A model generated the notes under the pieces. The model was given only the letters and a program-made list of their open reading frames with translations, was not told the DNA's origin and made no database searches. 64,000 bases of DNA from Eledone cirrhosa (Eukaryota): positions 8,060,001-8,124,000 of the forward strand of contig OZ024762.1 of assembly GCA_964016885.1 (NCBI GenBank), in the 5' to 3' direction. Each line of letters begins with the position of its first letter. Positions within the stretch are counted from its first letter, which is position 1. Of the stretch, positions 1 through 13,880 are shown piece by piece. Made by a program: the position numbers and the translations under genes.

Positions 1-56
1 AACTCTATGTGTCAAAGCATGGCGTCCAACCCTCTACCGATACTGCCAATCTACCA

Positions 57-168
57 TTCTCAAAATAAATAATATCAAAATCTCATAGATTCGATATTAT
101 GTGTTATAAAGCCTTTACCATGAAAATAATATAGTATATATAGAGTAATGTAAATGTTAAAGGGTTAA
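57..168. mobile_element. piggyBac-type MITE family C, one end (SINE-A head at 1-56 inserted into it)
   Basis: Ends in taaatgttaaagggTTAA; internal sequence matches copy 20691-20910. Confidence 0.75.
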
Positions 169-849
169 CCCTTTCAGGACCATATTTCACATCCTCAGCA
201 TTATCACCTTTGTACATCCACTTTCCATGCAGGCATGGGTTTGATAGGTTATCACAGTTTGAAGCCAGATAGACTAAGAGAGACTTCAGCTTAATCATAA
301 GATCCATTTTTGGCATGGTTTCTACTTTACACAGCATACTATATACACTCACACACACTATATATATATATATTAGCATGGATGTGTGTGTGTGTGTGTG
401 TACGCATACCCACAGTAAATATAAGCATGGATGGATGTGAGTGTGTACTCAAACATACACAAACCTACAGTATATGTAAGCATGGGTGTGTGTGTATGTG
501 AATGCATATGCTCACACACACCCAGTATATATAAGCATAGGTGTGTGTGTGTGTGCATGTACAAACACACACACACACAGAGTATATATAAGCATAGGTG
601 TGTGTGTGTGTGTGCATGTACAAACACACACATACACACACACGCACACACACAGAGTATATATAAGCATGTGTGTATGTGTGTGTGAATACATGCACTC
701 ACACCCACCCACTATATATCAACATGTAGGTATGTCTAGTACTTACAAAAATTATGGTGGCAGGCTTTTGGAACTGTATCTCTGATGAAATATACAATTT
801 CAATTAATTAATGAAAAGTTTTGAAGCATTTACATAAATTATTATAAAA

Positions 850-1556
850 TAATAATAATAATAATAATGAAAATATTGTGTACAGTGCTCAGGTGCACTA
901 CAACTCATCAAAAGTGTATGTATAGTACATAGGGTAATGTACAAATGTCAGGAAAATGAACAGTGCATGAGTCATGCTATACCCATGTGTGCACATGTAT
1001 GGAAGGGGGACATCAGGTGTAGTTTTGGCGAATTTTGGGAAGCATGAGGGTTTTAAAGGATGCAGTGTCTCGGCAGCTAACAATGATGCAGGCAGTTTGT
1101 TCCATGCTTCAGCAATTCTAAGCGTGAAAAAATGTTTCAGAAAGTCATGGGAGCTGTGCTGTTTTCTGACTTTGTAGGCATGTCCACGTGTGTTAGACAC
1201 ATGGAGATCAAAAAGGTGCTCAGGGTTGTTGTTGGCGAGATGGTTAATAACTTTGTGGGTGTTTACCAAGTCCATTGTCAGACGTCGGAGCTTCAATGAA
1301 TCCATGCCTAGGGAAGCAAAGCATTCAGAGTATGGTAGGTTTCTGATGGAGGGTATGCGCTTGGTTGCACGTCTCTGAACAGTTTCCAACAGTTTCCAGC
1401 AGGTCAATGTTCTGAGCAAGATAGGGGTTCCACACTGATGATGCGAATTCTAAGTGTGGTCGTACCATAGCTGTATACAGCTTTAAATAGATGGCTGGAG
1501 AGCGGCTAACAAAGGTCTTGCTGAGTGATGCCAAGACACCCTCGGCCTTCTTGACA
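850..1556 (-). mobile_element. 5'-truncated CR1/L2-group LINE, C-terminal RT region plus 3' tail (pseudogenic)
   Basis: Minus ORFs 1325..1534 and 898..1419 read LYTAMVRPHLEFASSVWNPY...ETVQRRATKRIP...TRGH...FF..R....WN.LP, typical of the CR1 ORF2 end. The frame is broken by a 10-bp duplication (aacagtttcc, ~1378-1397). (TTA)n tail at ~850-868. Confidence 0.88.
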
Positions 1557-1810
1557 TTATTTTATAACATATCCTTATATAAAATTATGTTGGAAGATTT
1601 TAATTTAAATAAGAACCCTTTAAATCTTTAATATCCCATAGCGATTTAGCAGAAAATATCTAAAAATGGGTTTGTTAATTCAAATATTTATAGTGACTTT
1701 ACTAGTGGACAGTTGGAGCAAAAATTTCTATTTTTAATGTGATTGTTTTGTGCTTTTCAAGAATGTCTTGCTAATGTGTTTTCATACAATACAGGACAAT
1801 AAAAGTTAGT

Positions 1811-1965
1811 TTAACCCTTTAGCATTTAAACCAGGTGTAACCAGTCGCTCATACTGATGTTAAGGTATTTTCTCAAAATCTCATAGATTCGATATCATGT
1901 GAGATAATTATATGAGGTAAAGCCTTTACCGTGAAAAAACAATAGTTAATATAGAGTAATGTAAA
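1811..1965. mobile_element. MITE family C, internally deleted copy
   Basis: TTAAccctttagcatttaaacc start and family C internal sequence. Confidence 0.7.
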
Positions 1966-2094
1966 TAGGAGCCCAATAAAATGAGTGGTTTTGTTTCATA
2001 GAATCAAAAAGTATCACTGTATAATGTCTATTTTCCATGCTTGTGTGGATTACAGTGGGTTGTCATGCATGTTCTATTTGGGGCTTTCATGTCT

Positions 2095-2770
2095 TTCCTA
2101 ACACCAACCACTTTACAGGGTGGACTAAGTGCATTTTGTTGTGGCAACAACACTACCATCTTACAGGGTCAGCTGGGTGCTTTTGTTATGACAACAACAC
2201 TACCATCTTACAGGGTGGACTGGGTGCTTTTCATTGTGGCATTTTGTTGAGGCTACAGCACTACCACTTTACAGGGTGGATTGAGTATTTTGTTATGACA
2301 ATAACACTATCACCTTACAGGGTAGATTGGGTGCATTGTTGTGGCAACAGCACTACCACCTTACAGGGTAGACTGGGTGCATTGTTGTGGCAACAGCACT
2401 ACCACCTTACAGGGTAGATTGGGTGCTTTTGTTATGACAACAACACTATCACCTTACAGGGTGGACTGGGTGCATTGTTGTGGCAACAGCACTACCACCT
2501 TACAGGGTCTGCTGGGTGCTTTTGTTATGACAACAACACTATCACCTTACAGGGTGGACTGGGTGCTTTTCATCGTGGCATTTTGTTGAGGCCACAGCAC
2601 TACCACTTTACAGGGTGGACTAGGTGCATTGTTATCACATCAGCACTACCACTTTACAGAGTGGACTAGGTGTATTGTTGTCACATCAGCACTACCACTT
2701 AACAGGGTGGACTAGGTGCATTGTTGTCACATCAGCACTACCACTTTACAGGGTGGACTAGGTGTATTTT
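2095..2770. repeat. ~43-48 bp minisatellite derived from an internal SINE-B segment
   Basis: Unit cagcactaccactttacagggtggactgggtgc... is the reverse complement of SINE-B gcacccagtacacactgtaaa..gttggtgttagg. Confidence 0.8.
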
Positions 2771-3792
2771 ATCATGAAAAGTGGCTATGGATTGAAATAA
2801 ATTCTCAGATTGGATAACAAAATCCTGATAGCAAGAAATACTCTCACAATTGTTTTGTGTTAAAATGACAAAATAAATTAATCAAATACAAATAAATCTA
2901 AATCGAAAGCCTCGGTAATTAGATGAAAACATGAGTAGGGGGAGAGTGGGGAGAGAAATAACAAACAAACAAAAATAACGAACAAAAAACAAAAAAAAAA
3001 CAAAAAAGAAAACTGAAATCGAGTCATAAGGAATTCTTTATCAGGATTTCTATGAGAACATCTCTAAAAGGAGATTGGATTATATATGAAAGAATCTCTC
3101 AGCAAGCAAAATTTAAGTAGAAATTTAAATTATAATTAATTATTAGATTAAATAATACATGAGTTGTACAGTGTGGGCTTTTAATGAGGTTTTTGTCACA
3201 AAGAGATCACTAAGAATAACAAATAACCCCCCCCCCCCCCCCCCCGTGAACCCCCTCCACACACACACACACATTTTATTGTTGAATGTTCTAAATGGGT
3301 TTGGAACGATCTACAATTTTATATTCAAACTGTGCCTATAAGATCTTACTGAAGTATCAAATAAAAATAACTGTAAAACTACCTTATTTTCTCTATACAA
3401 GTATCTACTTAACCCTTTAGCATTTACATTACTCTTTACATTACATATTTACTATTATATTTTCTCAGTAACGGCTTTATCTCACATAATATCGAATTTA
3501 TGAGGATGAAACACAACTTTGCTTTTCATCCTTCCGAGGTCAATAAAAAACAAAGTACCAGTTAAGTACTAGGGTCGATTTAATCAACTTTCCCCTTTCC
3601 ACAAATGTTAAGAAGAATTATTAATAGAAGAGCTGCAACAGTAGAGACCATTATATTGAAGCTTTGCAGGTGTGCAGTTGCTGTATTGGTGCTGTGCACA
3701 CCAAAATGTGGTTGTGTAGGAGATTTGTTCAAAGCAACAAACATTCTACTCAGGGGTGAGAAAAGAATTTAGAGGGGACATTGGTAGGGACT

Positions 3793-4232
3793 TTAACCCT
3801 TTTTATCCCAAACTGCCTGAAACTGCCTCTCATTCTACACTACAAAACTAAATATTTTAGTGCTTATATTTATCTAAAAACCTCCCATCATAATTTTATG
3901 TAAGATCCTTTTAGCACCAGCTTAAACCTTTACCATTTACATTACTCTATATTTATTATTGTATTTTGGGGGTAAAAGCTTTACCTCACATAATATCAAA
4001 TCTATGAGATTTTGATATTATTTATTTTGAGAACAATACCCTAATGCTGGTATGAGTGGCCAGTTACGGCTGGTTTAAACAGAAAGAGGTGAGAGAATTC
4101 TGCTAAAGGGTTAAGTTATGCTCCAAGCACCAGCTTAATAATGTCAAAGTGTGTTATATTACAAAATCTTTCAAAATTATTTTTTAAATTATAAGCAGTC
4201 TGTCAATAGAAATATGGTAATGAAATGGTTAA
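3793..4232. mobile_element. piggyBac-type MITE family D with a family C copy nested inside (~3925-4114)
   Basis: TTAAcccttt start and ggtaatgaaatggTTAA end; the nested segment ends tgctaaagggTTAA. Confidence 0.65.
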
Positions 4233-4517
4233 CAGTAAATAGAGAAATAGGAGCTGACATAAGATAAGTAACAGTTTTTACTAATAATAATAATAATAAT
4301 CTGCAGTAAAACAAAAAAATGCATAGAACTTATCTACTGAACTTTGCCGAGCTTGAAAAATGCAGTGCTCACACACATTCATGCAATCTCACTTACACGC
4401 TAACACTAATACAGAGAGGAGGGGGGGGGGGCAGATCCTTGAGTATGAAGGGCAAGTTGATCATATCATTATTCATTCTATGTGAATACTTGTGTTGTAT
4501 ATAAACATATATACATT

Positions 4518-4707
4518 AATTGTTTCTACTTTTGGCACAAGGCCAGCAATTATCCCAGTGCATTACTGGTACTTTATTTTATTGACCCCGTAAGGATGGA
4601 AAGCAAAGTTAACCTCGGCGGGATTTGAACTCAGATCATAAAGGGAGGTAACTATGCTTCAAAGCATGGCGTCCGACCCTCTACCTATACTGCCAATCCA
4701 CACTGCC
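4518..4707 (-). mobile_element. SINE family A (tRNA-headed), followed by a second partial tail copy to ~4785
   Basis: Reverse complement of ggcggtggattggcagtatcggtaga...gagttcaaatccc...gcctttcatccttacggggtcgataaaataaagtaccag...aacaatt. Flanked by repeated tatatacattaat. Confidence 0.85.
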
Positions 4708-5567
4708 TATATACATTAATTGTTTCGACGTTAGGCACAAGGCCAGCAATTACCCAGTGTATTACTGGTACTTTATTTACTGCCTATATACATTAATGAT
4801 ATCTGGTATGAAAGCAAAAATGATTTCCAGTGTGTTAGTGTATGTGTATGTGTTTGTTACTGTGTGTGACACATACGAACAGTTTACTATTAACTGGCTG
4901 TAAATATAATGGTTTCCGATTTAGGTACAAGGCCAGCTATTTGAAGCGGTGGGGAGTCGTTTTCTCAACCCATGTTGTTTATATCTTAAGTTCCAGCTAA
5001 TCTGTTTATTACTATGATATAGATTTAAATAATTTTGAAAACCAAACAATGCACTAGAAAGAAAATTGAGTTTGGTTTTCAAAATTATTTAAATTTGTGT
5101 TTTCTATTCAACAATGCTTCAAGCAAAATCTTTAGTTCAAGCTAATCTATTTATTACTATGATATATCTTTAGTTTCAGGACTTTGCTAGACTCTGTTGG
5201 CAGTGATTGCTGTGATTGGATATAAACGTTTTCTTGTTTATTCATTTAAACGCAACCACAAGTGAAATTGTAAACAGTATTTGTGAAAAGAAACAGGTGA
5301 TGTATGTTACAGGTCAAAGGTTGAAGCTAAAATACTATACACAATGTTAGCTAGAAGTATATACATTAATTCATATTGTTATTATAAAGCAGGGGGTTCT
5401 CAAAATGAGCGCTACTGCCCACCACCCCACCACCCGTGCGGGGGAGGGGGCGTTTAGAGATGATATAATAGTATAAATATCAAATGATACATACTATATA
5501 TATAGTAAAATAAAAAAAATATGCAATATTTATTTATACATAGTATATATATTTATCATATATCAAT

Positions 5568-5928
5568 TCTTGCAATCGAAAGGTTGTGAGTTCAATTCTC
5601 GGACCGAGTAATGTGTTGTTTCCTTGAGCAAGACACTTTATTTCACATTGCTCCATTTTACTCAGCTGTAGAAATGAGATGATAGGGACTGGGGTCCATA
5701 TCATTCCACTGCAAAGTGGTCGTGGAGGTGCCACGGCAAAAAAGGCACCCAGCACTCACTGTAAATGAGGTTGGTGTTAGGAAGGGCATCCAGCTGTAGA
5801 AATCAAGCCAGAATCAGTTTCCGTATGAGCAAGACATGGTCAGCCGACCAGACACTGACCACAACAGGACAGCCCATCTAGCCCATGCTAGCATGGAAGA
5901 GCAGACATAAAACGGTGATGATGATGAT
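5568..5928 (+). mobile_element. SINE family B, 5'-truncated
   Basis: B-box-like gagttcaattc, CORE-like tccttgagcaagacacttt, ggtgttaggaagggcatccagc block and (GAT)n tail. Confidence 0.85.
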
Positions 5929-5984
5929 CAATTAACAATTTTATTCATTATATATTATTTACAATTTGTGACTCTTCCTGAAAG

Positions 5985-6172
5985 AATATGATCACAAATA
6001 CAAGCAGCCGAAATGGGATTCCTCAGAAGGGTTTTGGAGTAACGTCACTCGATAAAGTGCATAGCTAAGAGATCAGAGAGTCACTCCAGATAGAGCTGTT
6101 ATTTCTCCGAATTGAGAGATCACAGCTCCGATACTATGGGCATGTGATTATAGAATGTCTCAGGAAAGAATC
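5985..6172 (+). mobile_element. RTE-clade LINE ORF fragment, abutting a SINE-B 3' end (to ~6262)
   Basis: Translates, with frameshifts and stops, to QIQAAEMGFLRRV..GVT..DK....IRESLQIE...LRIERSQLRYYGHV.RM. Confidence 0.8.
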
Positions 6173-6745
6173 GCTGTAGAAATCAAGCCAGAATCAGTTC
6201 CCGTCCCACCCTTGCAAGCAGGGAAAAGTGGACGTAAAATGAAATGAATGAATGAATGAATGAATATATATATATACATACACACACACATACATAATAA
6301 ACTAAAGTATGGAAATATAGAACCGTCTTTTCATATTTACTAACATACCAACACTCCATCTAATACCAGTCTATGTGATACTAGTTCTTACTTAAAAAAT
6401 TACAACTGACAGGGAGTGCTTAAGTCTGATTACTCCATGATTCATTGATTGCAGTGAAAAAATTCAACACTGACATTCAACTAACATGGATATTAAAACA
6501 GCTATATATATATATATAACCATATGTAGTTGACAGCTACGAGAAAAGAGTACTCAATACCGAAGTAGAGTGTAAATATTCATTCTATTAAGGTTATATA
6601 GTGTGTCTTATTATTCTGGCACTGATAAGCAAAACTCCAAAGTAACAAGACTTACTATTTAACCATAATAATAATAATATATATATATATAGTAATAATA
6701 ATAAATTTGATAAATTTGAAAACTAAAATCCAAAGAGGGCTCGAT

Positions 6746-6798
6746 AAGTTTCAGAAGATCCCGTTAAGGGTGAAAGCAGCGATTCTTTGCTTAAACTT
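6746..6798 (+). ncRNA. Hammerhead-like motif (variant core CAGAAGA) in a (TA)n-embedded Penelope-like terminus
   Basis: aagttt-CAGAAGA-tccc gtta agggt-GAAA-gca..tgc-TT-aaactt: 6-bp stem I, stem II and stem III are present; U4 is replaced by A. Confidence 0.55.
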
Positions 6799-6813
6799 TA
6801 ATCTGTTATTTTA

Positions 6814-6849
<36 letters not shown>

Positions 6850-7588
6850 CTATCTTTTTTTTCCCTTCAAACTTCCCTTCAAACTTCCATTTTTCCAAAT
6901 TTCTCTTTGAACATGGAAAAATAGATGAAAAATAGACGTAAAATGAACATATGAAGATGATGATGAAGTCATTGTTGGTGTTTTGTACTTTTCAAGAATG
7001 CCTGGTTAATGAGGTTTCATGCAGTACAGGATATTAAGAGTTAACAAAACACACATGGTGCATAAGATGTTGTTGTTAAGTAGCTGATGGATTGGACAGA
7101 GCTACAACAGTGACAGCCAATCAATCTTTTAGAGACAATCCATAGATCCTATCAATATTCAAATTCCCAGCAGATTGGTTTAGGGGATCAAATGTCATTA
7201 TTTGACCAGTCAAGACACTCTTGCCATTACTGCCAAACTTAGCTGGCCTATCATGTCCCATTTTAAATATGCACCCTTCATTTCCATCCAGCCATTACCA
7301 TATTTACATCTGGCAGATAGTATCAGCAATAGAAAGAGCAATGGGTACAAAGTTTCCTTTGTCTGATCTGATGATTGCTTCCTTCCACCCCTTTAATGAA
7401 AAACACTGCCGCTAATATTCAATTACGTTTATTTAATTATCAAGAATTTGAAGGTACAACTAACTTTTTTGTTATTTATCTGGTGTTTGGAACATAACTT
7501 AATAAAATTATGATAGCGAGTTAGATAAGAAAAAAAAATTGTATTAAAACAAAGAACTTTGTATCATAGAACCAGAGGTGGTTTGGTA

Positions 7589-7853
7589 TTAACCCTTTAG
7601 CATTTACATTACTTTATACAAACTATTGTATTTTCACGGTGAAGGGTTTACCTCAAATTCTATTGTATTTTCACGGAAAAGGGTTTACCTCACATACTAT
7701 TGTATTTTCACAGTAAAGGCTTTATCTCACATAATATCGAATCTGAGATTTTGATATTTATTTTGAGAATACCTTAACATAAGTATGAGCGACCAGTTTC
7801 AGCCGGTTTGAACAGAAAGAGGTGAAAGAATTCTGGCCAGATATGGCTGGTTA
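7589..7853. mobile_element. MITE family C with internal tandem duplications; family D remnant at ~7390-7588
   Basis: TTAAccctttagcattta start; three copies of ctattgtattttcac..aaaggg. Confidence 0.7.
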
Positions 7854-8452
7854 AAATAATTAAGACAGTGGAGATGGTTTTGGGTTTTGGTATGGCACTA
7901 ATTCTCAAGACAAGAATTCGTTGAGGGGAATTTTGTTGCTACATTAAGCTGATTAGGTGACTATGTGGTATTTTCCCATTTTTGTAATTGAAATTAAGGT
8001 TATTAAAATAATTTGATGTTAGCTACTTGTCTTAAGTAGAATACATACAAACATACAGACACAAACAGAGAAATACACACAAAGAGAAAAACACACATAC
8101 ACACACTGACATACAAACATATATACATACAAACATAGAGAAAAACACACAGATATACATACATCCAGAGAAATTAAATTAAGATCAAGACAGGTAAAGT
8201 AGAAAAGAAAGAGGTAATGGGAGAGACAGAGAGAAAGGGAGAAGGGAAGAGAGGTAATGAAAAGAGAGAGTAGAGAGAAGTAATAAGAGAGGGGAGAGAT
8301 AGGCAAAAGATAAAGAGAGAAAGAGGAAAGGCAGTAAGAGAGAGGGGGAAGATAATGGCAGTATCTTTATCAATCAAGTTATTAAATTCTTAAAAGAAAC
8401 ACTTTTTAAATAATTTATATTTTAGAATATCCGATATAAAAATAAATTAAAT

Positions 8453-9570
8453 TACCATGTATACTCATATATAAGCTGAGAATATGCGACAAAAAAAAGA
8501 AAAGAAAATCGATGTAAAATGGGGAGGGGATTATATTCAAGGTCAATATTTTGACGATTTTCATCAACTTCAAATTCTACATAAATAAGGTGTCAAAATA
8601 TCTGGAGTGATAATTTTAGAATGGAACACTGTTTTTCTACATTTACTACATGGTCATCAGTGTTATTTATGCATTCCCTTGAAAAGATTCCCAACAAATT
8701 TTTATTTGGACTTTTTAATACATAAATACCCCCACAAATACACTTACATGCAGGTTTTTCTTTGTGACTTAATTATACTGTTTTTCTTTTTGACTTAATT
8801 ATACTTTTTCTTTCTTACTTCTGACTTGTATTTTATTGCTTTTATCCCCCCCCCCCCCCGTCTCACCCGCTGTTATTTTCACTCTGCCTCTCCTCTCTCT
8901 CCTACTCTATGAATCTTTCCCTATACAAAGTTCTCCTATTTGATCTCTTGCTTTCAACTACTCCCAGCATGTGAATGGCTGGAAGTCAACAAAAATTTGC
9001 CAAACTTGTTGAAACTTTATAACAAGGATGAAATAGCAAAAGAAATCATTACATAAAAGAGTTGTGAAACAAAACTATACCTGAAACGACATCTAAAACA
9101 TTTTTAATATCAAAATATTGGTTTCTAATTTTAGGCACAAGGCCAACAATTTTTGGAAGAAGGGAAAATCGATTAAATCAACCCCGTTGCATTACTGGTA
9201 CTATATTTTTCAACCCCGTAAGGATGAAAGGCAAAGCTAACCTCGGCAGGATTTTAACTCAGAATGTAAAGGGCCATAACTCTATATCATAAAGTATGTT
9301 GTCTGACGCTCCACCGATATTGCCAAAACTTCATAAATATATTTTCCAATCATGAGAATTTCAAAACCACGCTATCTAAATAGACATAACATAATTGTTT
9401 CCACTTTTGGCACAAGGCCAGCAATTATGCCAGTGTATTACTGGTACTTTATTTTATTGACTCCGTAAGGATGAAAGGCAAAGTCAACCCCGGCGGGATT
9501 AATGTGTTGATTAGCTGCCTCGATTCTCGGTTTATACACAGGGTTTGGATTTTTGCACATGGAGGGGGGC
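8453..9570 (+). mobile_element. Fragmented Tc1/pogo(Tigger)-like non-autonomous DNA element interrupted by SINE-A copies (9118-9325, 9392-9500)
   Basis: Start tac..tatatactcatatataagc.gagaa.atgcgac and downstream blocks are colinear with the copy at 15610-16090. Confidence 0.55.
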
Positions 9571-9693
9571 GGGTCAAGTACATAATGTATGATAATTAAG
9601 CTGTCAATATTTACAATATGTAAATGATATGTGATAATTAATATTCAACTATTTACAATATGTAAATTCTTTCAGAATTGCATTCTATCTTAA

Positions 9694-10369
9694 CCCTTTA
9701 GCATTTGGTGGTGGATTGGCAGTATCGGTAGAGGGTCGGACGGCATGCTTTGACGCATAGAGTTACGGCCTTTGCCATTCTGAGTTGAAATCCCGTCGAG
9801 GTTGACTTTGCCTTTCATCCTTACGGGGTCGATAAAATAAAGTACCAGTAATGCACTGGGTATTTGCTGGCCTTGTGCCAAAAGTAGAAACAATTATTTT
9901 ACAATTACCATTGTATTTTCACAGTAAATACTTTATTTCACATAATTATCTCACATAATATCGAATCTGAGATTTCGATATTATTTATTTTGAGAAGGGC
10001 GGTGGATTGGCAGAATCGGTAGAGCATCGGACACCATGTTTTGCAGCATAGAGTTATGGCCCTTTGTGTTCTGAGTTCAAATCCTGTCGAGGTTAGTTTT
10101 GCCTTTCATCCTTACGGGGTCGATAAAATAAAGTACCAGTAATGTACTTGGATAATTGCTGGCCTTGTGTAGAATCAATTATTTATTTATTTAAAGTAGA
10201 ATTATTATTATCAATTATTTATTTATTTATTTATTTAAAGTAGAATCAATTATTTATTTTGAGAACAATATCCTAACATAAGTATGAACAGCCAGTTATG
10301 GCCGGTTTGAATAGAAAGAGATGGGAGGATTCTTACCTACCAGATATGACCAGTTTAAATGTTAAAGGG
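9694..10369. mobile_element. MITE family C carrying two SINE-A insertions (9706-9897 and 9997-~10180, both +)
   Basis: TTAAccctttagcattt...aaatgttaaagggTTA; the second SINE is flanked by direct repeat ttatttattttgagaa (9981-9996 and 10250-10265). Confidence 0.8.
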
Positions 10370-10882
10370 TTATAACTTGTTTCAAAACCAGTTGGCTAGG
10401 TAGAGCAGATTCAATTCAATTCAATTCAATTCAATGTATTTGGCAGAAATTAAAACATAGATGCTTCAGATGCCATGTAAGGAGGGGAGGGGGCAACATT
10501 TACACAGTCCGAAACACAGTGGTCCAACAGAGGTTGACATGGTGACTTCTTCTGGAAGCCAGATAGATGGCCATTGGAGTCAATGTAACCTGGTATTACT
10601 CCTCTCAATATTCAAAGCATCTACTTGATCACATTGAACCCATATTTTATCAGTTACTTTTTAAAGTTATATGATATAAACACAGGCAAAAGTATAGACA
10701 TATATACATACACACTCACATGTACAGACACATACACACACGTATACATACTCAGACACAAACACACACACAGACACATAAACACACACAGACACACACC
10801 CTCTTCCTGCTATTTCAAGTGTTAACCTAATATATTCCTTCCATATACTGTACCGATTGTGTTGTTATTTATGTTTACCTTT

Positions 10883-10931
<49 letters not shown>

Positions 10932-10932
<1 letters not shown>

Positions 10933-11025
10933 GAGGGTATCCCCAAAAAACGTATACACACTTTGATTATCTACACAGGCAATATTTATTACAATGCTGA
11001 AGTGTGTATACATTTTTGGGTGACA

Positions 11026-11029
<4 letters not shown>
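10932..11029. mobile_element. ~97-bp Tc1/mariner-type MITE
   Basis: Imperfect TIRs agggtatccccaaaaaacgtatacacactt / aagtgtgtatacatttttgggtgacacc, flanked by TA; related copy at 61237-61345. Confidence 0.7.
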
Positions 11030-11060
<31 letters not shown>

Positions 11061-11246
11061 GATAAATCTACCAAGAATTTACGGTAGTGTCCAATCCGTA
11101 TGAAGAACTCAATGTAATATGGAATATGCATGGAATATGCATGCCAATTCTAACACATATATATCCTAGAAACAATTGTTAAATGATGAACTTTTTTTGT
11201 TTAATATAAGGAACTGTTTCATTGTTTTATTCATTATTTTTTAAAT

Positions 11247-11785
<539 letters not shown>

Positions 11786-11808
11786 TATATATACACACAC
11801 ACACACAC

Positions 11809-12025
11809 AGAGGGTATCCCCAAAAAACGTATACACACTTTGATTATCTACACAGGCAATATTTATTACAGTGCTGAAGTGTGTATACATTTTTGGGTGA
11901 CACCCTATATATATATATACACACACACAGAGGGTATCCCCCAAAACCGTATACACACTTTGATTATCTACACAGGCAATATTTATTACAATGCTGAAGT
12001 GTGTATACATTTTTGGGTGACACCC

Positions 12026-12061
<36 letters not shown>

Positions 12062-12160
12062 GAGGGTATCCCCAAAAAACGTATACACACTTTGATTATC
12101 TACACAGGTAATATTTATTACAATGCTGAAGTGTGTATACATTTTTGGGTGACACCCTAT
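11809..12160. repeat. Three tandem copies of the Tc1/mariner-type MITE separated by (TA)(CA) spacers
   Basis: Near-identical ~97-bp units at 11809, 11929 and 12061. Confidence 0.85.
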
Positions 12161-12237
12161 ATATATACACACACACACACACAATAAGAAAAAAACACAG
12201 TAGTAGAGATCACAACAGAATTATAGTATATTAATAT

Positions 12238-12429
12238 TAATTGTTTCTACTTTTGGCACAAGGCCAGCAATTACCCAGTGCATTACTGGTACTTTATTTT
12301 ATCGACCCTGTAAGGATGAAAGGCAAAGTTCACCTCGGCGATATTTGAACTCGGGCCGTAAAGGGCCGTAACTCTGTGCTGCAAAACATGGCGTCCGACC
12401 CTCTACCGATACTGCCAATCCACTGCCCT
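12238..12429 (-). mobile_element. SINE family A, full length
   Basis: Complete match to the family consensus on the minus strand. Confidence 0.9.
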
Positions 12430-12789
12430 CAATAGTTAATATTAATAACAGTTAATAAAGTTAGCAAAGTGTCATAACTAGTCCTTCCTTGGAAGATAGA
12501 AACAGAGAAGAAAAAGAAGAGAGAACACACTTGTAGTTGCTAGTTAGCTGATGGGCTTCTACATATTGCCTGCCTACCAAATTCCACCAACTAGACAATG
12601 GTCAACTTGAGGCTATAGTAGGTATTATTTCCTTCTGTGGTCATGATTTTAGCTTGAGTAAGAGTAAGTAAATTAAGTGTTAAAGTAGCTACTGAGGCTT
12701 CTACTATACATATTTGTGTGTGTGAGAGAGTGATAGAACATGGTGAGAGAGAAAGAGTGGTGATAGGTACACAAACACACACACACAAT

Positions 12790-12826
<37 letters not shown>

Positions 12827-13461
12827 TGATAGGTACACAAACACACACACACACACAATATGGTGAGAGAGAGAGAGAGAGAGAGAGAGTGGTGATAGGT
12901 ATATAGATATCTCTGGCCTCAACTATCTACACACACAGCTAGCTGCTACTGGGTTGATTTATAGTCCTGCTTTGCTAAGAAGCTACCCTGTACAAGCTAT
13001 ATCACCACCACCATACACCTACAGACAAACTGGAGCCAGACTTTTGGAATTAAACTAGATCTTCCTCTTTGTCACATGATTAAGTACCTCTGACACTGAA
13101 ATTTGTTTTTTTTGTTTTTTTTTCTTCCTTTACTTTCATGCCATTTGGATTATAGAAGCTGAGAAGAACCATCACCACCACCACCACCATCTACTTATGA
13201 GCTTCCTGCTGGCTATCTATCACTGCCTTGGACATTTCAAAAAAGATTGCTCCACATTTTATATCATTTACTTCTTGAAATAAAACTATTATAGTCTTTT
13301 ATGAGCATCTAATGACAGCAATAAGCATGGGAGGAATTACAGGTTTTCTGCATTGTCTCTTTGTTGTATTCAAAATAGATTTTTAAATATATTTTCCCAT
13401 GCTAGAAGTATCCTTTGGTTGAGTGGTTAACAAGTTGGCTTAACAATCACAAGTGGTTGGT

Positions 13462-13880
13462 ATTAACCTTTTCAATAACAAACCACCTAAATCTGACCCT
13501 GGGTCTATCATATAAAATAATTTGCTTTTATTTCTAAGTATTTAGAAATAAATAGATCTAAAAACCTTCAATCATAATTTTTTCTAAGTGCTTTTGTTAT
13601 GTTAGATTCCAAACGCAGCTTAATAATGAGATGGCTAAATCTCTCCAAATTGTTAATTTCAAAATGATCTGACAGTGTCTTTCATTAGAAATATGGTAAT
13701 GAAAAGGTTAGAGTGTTTATATTTATCTAAAGATCTTTCATCATAATGTAACATAAGAATTTTTGTTATGTTCCAAACACCAAATTAATGAGAAATTTAT
13801 ATACTAAATGCCTGCAAATTATAGGTGATTTTCAAAAATATATAGGCAGTCTTTCAGTAAAATATATGATCAAGAAGAGC
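13462..13880. mobile_element. MITE family D copies (degenerate, partly duplicated)
   Basis: ttaacctttt start and ttcattagaaatatggtaatgaaaaggtta end; similar copies at 15330-15566, 16250-16475, 31066-31220, 47905-48185 and 60941-61020. Confidence 0.55.

Noticed and set aside
373-785. Overlapping HT/CV/YI-rich ORFs here and throughout the window
   Set aside because: Translations of (CA)n, (TA)n and (GA)n microsatellites.
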